Origin: Octopus sinensis
Taxonomy: Eukaryota
Direction of reading: 5' to 3'
Assembly (NCBI RefSeq): GCF_006345805.1
Contig: NC_043003.1
Coordinates: forward strand, 14,074,001 to 14,138,000
Length of the DNA stretch: 64,000 bases
The notes below the pieces were generated by a model that did no database searches, had not been told where the DNA came from, and was given only the letters and a program-made list of their open reading frames with translations. A program made the position numbers and the translations under genes. The stretch's first letter is position 1; every line of letters begins with the position of its first letter. This document shows positions 53,681 through 64,000 of this stretch, piece after piece.

Positions 53681-54492
53681 GGACACAGAAAAAACAAGGA
53701 GAGAAATATATATATGACTAACCTTCTGCAATGTAAACAATAAAGGAAAGACACTTTCCTCTCTTCATACATATGGGAATTGAAAAAACAAGTAAACTCC
53801 ATATACCACAGAATGGAGTATGTCAATCATACTAAATCATAAAATGGCAATAAAATAAAAAATATTAAAACGGTAAAAAAAAAGCCATGTGATTTATACT
53901 CAACTGAAATGTATGAGATTCTATTTCAAAATAAATACACTTATCAATAAATACTTTACCCCGAAAATGTACCTAAATCAATAACATTTATATTAATTTT
54001 ATCTCATTCGACAAATATCGCAATAATACACTAAAAAAAAATCCTCGTATTTATATATTCATATCATCAAAGACTCGTACTCGTGAAATTTGAAATTTCA
54101 AAGATACAATTTAGAATTTAATTTTACCATTAACCATATGAACAAACTTCAATATTATAGGACTTGGATGAAAATGATAGTGTAGCAGCTACTATTTATG
54201 AGTATGTGAAGTCAGAAATAATGTGGAAAAGTCATTACTTGATTATAATCATTATCTTGAACTGAAGTGTGTGTGTGGGAGGGAGGGGGGGAAATACAAA
54301 ATAAAAGTGAAACCAGCCTTCGTTATTATCGATAAGTATTCCTTTTTAGGTCATAAATTCCATTTTCAATATCATTTTAATATTACTTTAATCTAATTTT
54401 AATGACATTTAAAAAATCTTTTAAGCTCAAAACATAGGGAAAAATCTACTGTATTTACTTTGTCTTTTAAGTTGCACAACTTTATACTTGAA

Positions 54493-54885
54493 CTAGCAGT
54501 ATTGCCCGATGTTGCTCGGGTTTGTTTCGACCCTTTAGAATTGGAATTTTTGAAAAGTAAAAATTTTGTATTATATAGCTTGTTATTCTCTTTAAGTGAA
54601 CATTTTTCTGGTTGAAATACACCGAAAAATCGTGACACAGCAGTCAAAAAATCATTAAAAAATAGGGATTTTCATAGAAAAAAAGCACCTTTTTGATGTA
54701 AATAATTTTTGGTGTTAACATGGTCCGATTTGAATTTTATCTTCTACAGAAGGAAGAGCAAGCCTTCTTCTACCATACTCTCAATTTTGGCCAACTTGCA
54801 CCACAGGGTCTTGGAGGAGATAGTGTTAGTTGAAGGCTACCAAACCTGCCACACACAGACAATTTCAGCTTTATATATAGAGAGA
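54493..54885 (-). mobile_element. Non-autonomous Helitron sharing its 3' end with 50226-50622
   Basis: Minus strand starts TCTCTCTATATATAAAG and ends ACCCGAGCAACATCGGGCAATACTGCTAG. Confidence 0.88.
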
Positions 54886-55493
54886 TTTAACTGGTAAGAA
54901 AGAAAAAGCTGAGATACAGCTTATACAGGAGACATAGGTAAAACTATGAAGAGAAAGAAAAATTATCAATAGGTAACAGCAGATATGTGATACTAAACAG
55001 TGCTTCTATACAAACTATGATCAACCCCGAAGAACAGGAACATGGGGAATGGAAAATTCTGCAAACTAACTGCCCTGCTACCAAAGTCCTCAAAATGAAT
55101 TACCATAAATCTTCGAGTATAATCTGCATTTTTTTCCCAAAATTTAAAGTTCAAAATCCCTAGTGCGTATTATACACGAGGTTAAAGATAAAAAATATTT
55201 TCTAAGCAATGTCCGAGTCTCTATTTGCTGTCCGGCGATGTTTATTCAGACGCATTCTGTGATGTCAGGCGCTAAATACCTTAAGCTAAGCATGAAAGCA
55301 ATGAAGCCATAAAAGAATCATTCATAACTTGCAGTAAGCAATATTTATTAAACGTTATTTATATTATGACATGCATTCACATACACAACCACAAATAAAT
55401 TTACATTTGTATCCCGAAATATTGATTACTTCTTAGCAAATGTCAAAGTAGTAATTTCAAAAATCTGGGAGCTTTCAGATTTCAAAACTACAG

Positions 55494-55525
55494 ACCAATT
55501 GATACACACTTTGAAAGTCCAATCT
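55494..55525 (+). CDS. Possible 32-nt micro-exon (xQLIHTLKVQS or xPIDTHFESPI)
   Basis: Acceptor ttcaaaactacAG, donor TCT|gtaagt; no homology recognised. Confidence 0.12.
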
Positions 55526-56052
55526 GTAAGTGGAAGAATAAAGGTATGCAAAACTTCCCTAAAATTCTACATGTAATTCTTTAGCATCACTGCTCGTCTC
55601 AAGTAAAGAAGCTTTGTTTCTTTCTTAAAATCAAACCCTTTCTTTATGGAAAAGGTTCAAAAGCCACAACAGGTATATTAGTACATCCACACATATTAGT
55701 ATGTCACTAGCCTGCAAGAGTCCTATGCTGGGGCTGTGTTATAGAGTGCTTGTGCACAGCCACATAAAAGCACCCAGTGCACTCTGTAAAGTGGTTGGCG
55801 TCAGGAAGAGCATCCAGCCATAGAGAGCGACCATGCTAAATCAGACCCCAGCTTGGGTCAATCCGTCCAACCCACACTAGCTTGGACAATAGACATTAAA
55901 TGATGGTGATGGTGATGATGGTTGCTGTATCATCATGTATTTTGGTCTTATTCAGCACTTGCTAATTATTTCAGTACAAGCTACTTCTAGAAATATTTCT
56001 ATAGTTTATAACTATGTAAAAACTATATGTGAGTGTGTGTGTGTGTTTGTGT

Positions 56053-56085
<33 letters not shown>

Positions 56086-56175
56086 TTATAGGGGGGAATT
56101 CACAAAAAACAAAAGACAAAGACAGGTGGTGTAGACAACAGATGTATTAGTATAATGTTTGGGAAGTGAAAAAGT

Positions 56176-56211
56176 CTTTAACATTTCGAGCCTATGCTCT
56201 TCCACAGAAAG
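56176..56211 (-). ncRNA. Hammerhead motif, A6U core variant (family of 37629)
   Basis: CTTT-CTGTGGA-A-GAGC-ATAG-GCTC-GAA-ATGT-T-AAAG. Confidence 0.5.
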
Positions 56212-56653
56212 GAACACAGAAAGAAACAAGGAGAGAAAATAAAGAAAGAGAGAAAATGAAGATAGAAAATAAAAAGAGAAAATAAAGATATATATATATA
56301 TATATCTTCTTCCCTTCTTTCCTGAGCGTCCAATAATACTATATTTGTTCCACGTCCTCGCGTTGTTGTATTTTTTTGTATTTTCTTGTTTGGATTAACT
56401 ATATTATATATATATATATATATATATCGGTTATAAGAGGTAATGTTGTCAGTCAGACCCAAAGGTACCAGGAAATGCTGAATAAATGCTATGGATAGAC
56501 CATAATTAAGTTCCAGATTCGGTGATTATGTGAATAAGGGGTCCAATTAAATACAATATCCCTGCATATCTCACATCTATTTTCATTCCTCTACCTCACT
56601 CTCTATTTAGTATTTTATCTAAATTAACTATTGCTTAGCCATCTTCTCACACC

Positions 56654-56701
56654 GTCTCCGATGAAGGGATATAATAAATATCCTAGAAACAGCTGTAAGA
56701 C
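56654..56701 (+). ncRNA. Hammerhead motif, U4C core variant, different family
   Basis: GTCT-CCGATGA-A-GGGATAT-AATAA-ATATCCT-A-GAA-ACAGCTGT-A-AGAC with 8-nt palindromic stem III and GUA triplet. Confidence 0.6.
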
Positions 56702-56852
56702 CTTCTATTTATAAATGTTCTAAAATCTACACAGTCTTGGTTTTTTATCTCATTACGAAAAATAAATTTTATGTATGTATGTATATATGTACATACACAT
56801 ATATACATACACATATATACATACATACACATATACACACATATATATACAT

Positions 56853-56890
<38 letters not shown>

Positions 56891-57164
56891 CTGGCACTCT
56901 GGTGGTTACGACGATGAGGGTTCCAGTTCATTCGATCAACAGAACCTGATCATGAAATTAGTGTGCGAGTGAGTGAGCACTCCACAAACACACATACCCT
57001 TAACATAGTTCTCAAGGAGATCCAGTAGGACACACAAAGTGACAAGATCGGTCCCTTTTGAATAACAGGTACAATTCATTTTTGCCAAATGATGAGGTAG
57101 ATATGCAAACATGAAAATCTCCTTGTTTCTCCATAAAGAGAAAAAAGAAAAAAAAAAGATGAAC

Positions 57165-58125
57165 AGGAGTGGCTGTGTAGTAAGTAGCTTGTTTACCAAC
57201 CACATGTTCCGGGTTCAGTCCCACTGCGTGGCACCTTGGGCAAGTGTCTTCTAATATAGCCTCGGGCCGACCAAAGCCTTGTGAGTGGATTTGGTAGACG
57301 GAAACTGAAAGAAGCCCGTCGTATATATGTATATATATATATATATGCGTGTGTGTGTTTATGCATCTGTGTTTGTCCCCCTAGCATTGCTTGACAACCG
57401 ATGCTGGTGTGTTTATGTCCCCGTTACTTAGCGGTTCAGCAAAAGAGACAAATAGAATAAGTACTGGGCTTACAAAAGAATAAGTCCCTGGTCGAGTTGC
57501 TCGATTAAAGGCGGTGCTCCAGCATGGCCGCAGTCAAATGACTGAAACAAGTAAAAGAGTAAAAGAGTCTTCATCAAGTTTCGACCTTCATTGGGGGTCT
57601 TATCAGGTGTTTACACCACCACTCAGCCAATCTCAGGAAAAAACAAGCGGCCATTCTGTTTATATACACAGAAAACTGGAGCTGCTAATTTTCTCACACA
57701 CACCTATATAGTGTGTGTGTGTGTGGTGTGTGTATTCATTTATTCTTTAACTTGTTTCAGTTATTTGAGTGCAGCCATGCAGGAGCACTGTCTTTAGTCA
57801 AACAAAAGACAAAGCGACCCCAGAACTTATTCTTTGTAAGCCTAGTACTTATTCTATCGGTCTCATTTGCCAAAGTGCTAAGATACGCGGACATAAGCAC
57901 ACCAACATCGGTTGTCAAGAGACAGTGGGGAGACAAACACAGACACACACAAATACATATATATATATATATACACGACCGGCTTCTTTCAGTTTCCATC
58001 TATCATATCCACTCACAAGGCTTTGGTCGGCCTGAGGTTATAGTAGAAGACACTTGGCCAAGGTGCCACGCAGTGGGACTGAACCCAGAACCATGTGGTT
58101 GGTAAGCAGGCTTCTTACTACCACA
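57165..58125. mobile_element. Convergent pair of family A SINEs (57165-57568 plus, 57742-58125 minus)
   Basis: Both near full length, about 170 bp apart. Confidence 0.9.
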
Positions 58126-58305
58126 TGCAAACACACACACACACACAAAGAGTTACAGAAAAGCTCCTGTCAAACTGATCAGTAAGCATTGAATAAAACC
58201 AAATGCGTGATGACGCACGAAGATGTAGTAGTCCTTTGTGCTCATAGCATATCACACACACACACTAAAAAACAAGACACACGTGCAAAATTTTTGCTAA
58301 CTTAC

Positions 58306-58506
58306 CACCTCAAAGTAAAGCAGCATCTCCTGTGCACATATAACTGTTGGTGCACACAACGCACGCATCTAATAGCACTGCTGTCTTCATCCCCTCCCAA
58401 ATACATTAATACTGTAGTCTTCCATCTGTCAGTTGTTAATGTTTATGTTTACAGAACGTTGTGTGTTCAAAACATGAGCAATGGTGAGATGAAAATATAA
58501 TCTGCT
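58306..58506 (-). other. Candidate 201-nt exon, probably UTR or non-coding
   Basis: Strong acceptor tttgctcttctcttgtccttgcAG and strong donor GTG|gtaagt; stops in all frames in the 5' half. Confidence 0.4.
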
Positions 58507-58626
58507 CTGCAAGGACAAGAGAAGAGCAAATCTAGGTGTGTGTGTGTGTGGTGTGTGTGTGTGTGTCTGTGTGTGAGTGCATACATATATATGTATGTAT
58601 GCATGTGAGTGTGTGTTTGTTATGTA

Positions 58627-58672
<46 letters not shown>

Positions 58673-59689
58673 TGTATGTATGTATGTGAGTGTAAATATA
58701 TATACAAACACATATGTATGTATACATGTATGCACGTGTGTGTATATATGTGCTTGTGTGTATATATATATATGTGTGTGTGTATACAGAGAGAGAGAGA
58801 GAGAGAGAGAGAAAGATATGTATATGTATGTATACATACACATGTGTGTGTATATATGTCATCCTCATCAACGTTTAACGTCTGCCTTTGTATATGTGTG
58901 TGTGTGTGTTCTGCCCATCTTTACACGCAGCTTCGCAACTGGTACTGGTTTGTTTATATCCCTGTAACTTAGTGGTTTGGCAAAAGGGACCAACAGAATA
59001 AGTACTAGGCCTAAAGAAACCAACAAATTAGTATTACGGATCAATTTATTCCTCTTAAACCCCTTCAAGGCAGTGCCCCAGCTTGGCCACAGTGAAACAA
59101 GTACGACTGAAACAAGTACAAGATGAAAAAATGGAATCGACAACAAGTCCAAGCATAAAAAGTTCCACAAATAATCAAGGTGAACTCATCATCACCATCA
59201 CCATCAACATGATCATCACCACCATCACTATCATAGCCATCATCACCAACAACACCACCACCACCATCATCATCTTGACAACTAATGTAGGTGTGTTTAT
59301 ACCCTCATAACTTAGCAGTCCAACAAAAGGGACCGATAGAATAAGTACGAGGCTTTAAAAAATTATGTATTGAGGTCAAAGTACTGCCCCAGCATGGCCA
59401 CAGTCTGATGACTGAGACAAGTGGAAGATAAACACCAAAGGATCAATAATAAACAAAGCTACAGTATTAATCATGATAATAATGATGACGATGATGATGA
59501 TGGTGTGTGTGTGTGTGTATGTTTTGCCAAATCCAGTAAATTGTAAGGAAGGCTGCAATTCTCAAAACTAGAACAAGAAGTTAAAAACTAAAAAAAAAAA
59601 AAAAAAAAAAATTTAAAAAGACTTTAAAATATTCTGTCAAAAGTTAGCAGAGTTAAAAACAAGTCGAAACAAAATCAGCAACGACAACC

Positions 59690-59707
59690 ATTAATAATAT
59701 AATAATA

Positions 59708-59779
<72 letters not shown>

Positions 59780-59795
59780 TAATAATAATAATATT
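59690..59795. repeat. (AAT)n microsatellite
   Basis: Direct reading. Confidence 0.97.
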
Positions 59796-60180
59796 CTTCA
59801 GCTATTAAATTGAGTCAGTAACAGAAATCAACTGCTAGGAGAAACACAAGCGAATAATGAAGACTCCTTAAATTGCTTGCTATTCTTCCAATCAAAAATA
59901 CTCTATAATTAACAATCATATACAATAGTTAACTGTTGCAGTCTAATTAAAGCTGGTTCTCAGTTCTTGGACTTTTTCTTCAACTTGGTAATTTTTCTTT
60001 TCTTTTTTTTTTCTATTTTTCGTTTTATTAGTTCTTAGTGACTTCAAACTGGAAAAACAGTAGTCTAATACATATGCATATATATACACATAGATACATA
60101 GACACACACACATGTATACACACACACACACACATATATATACACACACATAGATACATATACACACACACATATATATA

Positions 60181-62327
60181 CACACACACACACACACACA
60201 TATAAACACACACACACACACATATCATCACCATTTAACGTCCGTTTTCCATGCTAGCATGGGTTGGACAGCTGGACGGGGGTCTGGTAAGCCATGGAGG
60301 CTGCACCAAGCTCCAGTCTGGTTTGGCAGTGTACTTATATACTTATACATACATACACATACACACATGAAATGAAAGAATTAATAAAGGAACAGGACCT
60401 ACATAATCAACTTCATTAGCTAACAGCTGTTTCTGCTATAAGATGCAGGGAACTCAGTGCTGAGTGCCTGTGAATAACTTCACAACTTCCCCAGCGCTGA
60501 GCATACAGCAGTAACCTAATTGGTATAATCACATAATTCCTATTCCCTTGTCGTTTCTCTAATTTCATAGTAAGCTCTGTACTCACTTAACACTTTATTC
60601 TAAAGCATATGTGCATATATATATATATATACTGAGTTCTACAAATATCGAGTTATTAGTATCACTATGCCCAGGTGAAACCATAATGTTATGCTGGTGC
60701 CATGCAAAAAGCACCCAGTACACTCTGTAAAGTGGTTGGCAGTAGGAAGAGCACCCAGTACACTCTGTAAAGTGGTTGGCAGTAGGAAGAGCACCCAGTC
60801 ATGGAAGCCAAAACAATCAATGGAGCCTGATGTGGTTCCCGGATTTTCCATCTCTTGTTAAAATATTTAACTCATGCAAGTATGGAAAGCGAAAAGTGAC
60901 TTCGAAATTTCAACCAGGTAAGCCATCATCTGACAGTGTATAGTCTTTACTCTTTTACTTGTTTCAGTCATTTGACTGTGGCCATGCTGGAGCACCGCCT
61001 TTAGTCAAGCAAATCGACCCCAGGACTTATTCTTTGTAAGCCTAGTACTTATTCTCGGTCTCTTTTGTCGAACAGCTAAGTTACTGGGGCGTAAAGATAC
61101 CAGCATCGATTGTCAAGCGATGTTGGCATGGGGACAAACACAGACACACAAACATATATATGATGGGCTTCTTTCAGTTTCTGTCTACCAAATCCACTCA
61201 CAAGACTTTGGTCATCCTGAGGCTATAGTAAAAGACACTTTCCCAAGGTGCCACGCAGTGGGACTGAACCCGGAGCCATGTGGTTCGTAAACAAGCTACT
61301 TACCACACAGCCCCTCCTATGCCTCTTCATAATAAAATAATACAAGATAATGTATTGACTGTTTTAACTATTGCATATTATAAATAAATATATGCTAATA
61401 GGTGCAGACCTGGCTGTGTGAGAACAAGCTTACTTCCCAACCACATGGTTCCGGGTTCAGTCCCACTGCGTGGCACCTTGGGCAAGTGTCTTCTACTATA
61501 GCTTTGAGCAGACCAAAACTTTGTGAGTGGATTCAGTAGACGGAAACTGAAAGAAGCCCCATCGTATATGAATATGTATATATATCTACGTGCGTGTCTG
61601 TGTTTGCCCTCACCACCACCATCACCGCTTGACAATTGGTGTTGGTGAGTTTGCGTACCCTGTGATCTAGCAGTTCGGCAAAAGAGAACGATAGAATAAG
61701 TACCAGGCTTGAAAAATACAATTCTTGGGGTCGATTATATCGACTAAATAAAAGTGGTGCACCAGCATGACCGCAGTCACATGACTGAAACAAGTAAAAG
61801 AATAAAAGAATATACATATATACACACTAGGACAAACACACACATAAACACAAACAATTGAAAATACGCACACACACACCACACACACACACATATAAAC
61901 ACACACACACACACATATCATCACCATTTAACGTCCGTTTTCCATGCTAGCATGGGTTGGACAGCTGGACGGGGGTCTGGTAAGCCATGGAGGCTGCACC
62001 AAGCTCCAGTCTGGTTTGGCAGTATACTTATATACTTATACATACATACACATACACACATGAAATGAAAGAATTAATAAAGGAACAGGACCTACATAAT
62101 CAACTTCATTAGCTAACAGCTGTTTCTGCTATAAGATGCAGGGAACTCAGTGCTGAGTGCCTGTGAATAACTTCACAACTTCCCCAGCGCTGAGCATACA
62201 GCAGTAACCTAATTGATATAATCACATAATTCCTATTCCCTTGTCGTTTCTCTAATTTCATAGTAAGCTCTGTACTCACTTAACACTTTATTCTAAAGCA
62301 TATGTGCATATATATATGTATATATAT

Positions 62328-62374
<47 letters not shown>

Positions 62375-63584
62375 TGAGTTCTACAAATATCGAGTTATTA
62401 GTATCACTATGCCCAGGTGAAACCATAATGTAATGCTGGTGCCATGCAAAAAGCACCCAGTACACTCTGTAAAGTGGTTGGCAGTAGGAAGAGCACCCAG
62501 TCATGGAAGCCAAAACAATCAATGGAGCCTGATGTGGTTCCCGGCTTTTCCATCTCTTGTTAAAATATTTAACTCATGCAAGTATGGAAAGCGAAAAGTG
62601 ACTTCGAAATTTCAACCAGGTAAGCCATCATCTGACAGTGTATAGTCTTTACTCTTTTACTTGTTTCAGTCATTTGACTGTGGCCATGCGGAGCACCGCC
62701 TTTAGTCAAGCAAATCGACCCCAGGACTTATTCTTTGTAAGCCTAGTACTTATTCTCGGTCTCTTTTGTCGAACAGCTAAGTTACTGGGGCGTAAAGATA
62801 CCAGCATCGATTGTCAAGCGATGTTGGCATGGGGACAAACACAGACACACAAACATATATATGATGGGCTTCTTTCAGTTTCTGTCTACCAAATCCACTC
62901 ACAAGACTTTGGTCATCCTGAGGCTATAGTAAAAGACACTTTCCCAAGGTGCCACGCAGTGGGACTGAACCCGGAACCATGTGGTTCGTAAACAAGCTAC
63001 TTACCACACAGCCCCTCCTATGCCTCTTCATAATAAAATAATACAAAATAATGTATTGACTGTTTTAACTATTGCATATTATAAATAAATATATGCTAAT
63101 AGGTGCAGACCTGGCTGTGTGAGAACAAGCTTACTTCCCAACCACATGGTTCCGGGTTCAGTCCCACTGCGTGGCACCTTGGGCAAGTGTCTTCTACTAT
63201 AGCTTTGAGCAGACCAAAACTTTGTGAGTGGATTCAGTAGACGGAAACTGAAAGAAGCCCCATCGTATATGAATATGTATATATATCTACGTGCGTGTCT
63301 GTGTTTGCCCTCACCACCCCCATCACCGCTTGACAATTGGTGTTGGTGAGTTTGCGTACCCTGTGATCTAGCAGTTCGGCAAAAGAGAACGATAGAATAA
63401 GTACCAGGCTTGAAAAATACAATTCTTGGGGTCGATTATATCGACTAAATAAAAGTGGTGCACCAGCATGACCGCAGTCACATGACTGAAACAAGTAAAA
63501 GAATAAAAGAATATACATATATACACACTAGGACAAACACACACATAAACACAAACAATTGAAAATACGCACACACACACACAC
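60181..63584 (+). repeat. Tandem duplication of ~1.7 kb (60181-61878 and 61879-63584)
   Basis: Colinear, about 8 substitutions seen by eye plus indels; junctions fall in (CA)n tracts. Confidence 0.95.
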
Positions 63585-64000
63585 TTTCGCTCATGCCCAA
63601 TATTCTTTTATTCAATGTTACTTGCTTTAGTCATTGTTTTCGAGGGTAGTCGAAGAAATCGACCCTGAGGACATATTCTTTTAACGAACCGCCACGTTAC
63701 GGGGACGCAAACACACCAACGTCGGTTGTCAAACGATGGTGGGGGAACAAGCACACACACACACAAATATATGTATATGTATATACGACGGGCTTCTTTC
63801 AGTTTCCGTCAACCATATCTACTCGTAAAAGGCAACAGAAGATGCTTGCCACGCAGTGGGACTGAACCCAGAACCATATGGTTGGGAAGCAAGCTTCTTT
63901 TACACACAACCACGCCTGCGCCTCGACACAGCTACATTACATAGTTCTATAAAATTGAACATACTCATTATACATACATATTTTCAGAAAGTTATGAAAC

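Noticed and set aside
60418-60433. GAA-ACAGCTGT-T-AGCT half hammerhead on the minus strand (duplicated near 62115)
   Set aside because: No CUGANGA core or stem II found upstream

Overview
AT-rich, repeat-dense animal genomic DNA. The SINE families resemble those I know from Octopus genomes, so this is probably cephalopod intron or intergenic sequence (assigned by recognition, not by search). No complete protein-coding gene can be supported, and almost all listed ORFs are microsatellite or SINE translations. The window holds dozens of tRNA-headed SINEs from at least four families, LINE fragments (RTE, CR1), TTAA-flanked piggyBac-type MITEs (one nested inside itself), a hAT-type MITE, two Helitrons with the same 3' end, a 36-bp satellite, a ~157-bp tandem array, a 1.7-kb tandem duplication and a decayed tRNA-Thr-like copy. 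The most striking signal is a set of at least nine motifs with minimal type-I hammerhead-ribozyme architecture (stem I, CUGANGA-like core plus one extra nt, stem II, GAA, palindromic loop-less stem III, NUH, stem I'). They lie in several short repeat families with unrelated stem sequences that sit in or beside (TA)n tracts and often form long inverted repeats, as expected for Penelope-like-element pLTR or retrozyme derivatives. Several well-flanked but non-coding minus-strand exon candidates hint at a spliced transcript crossing the window.
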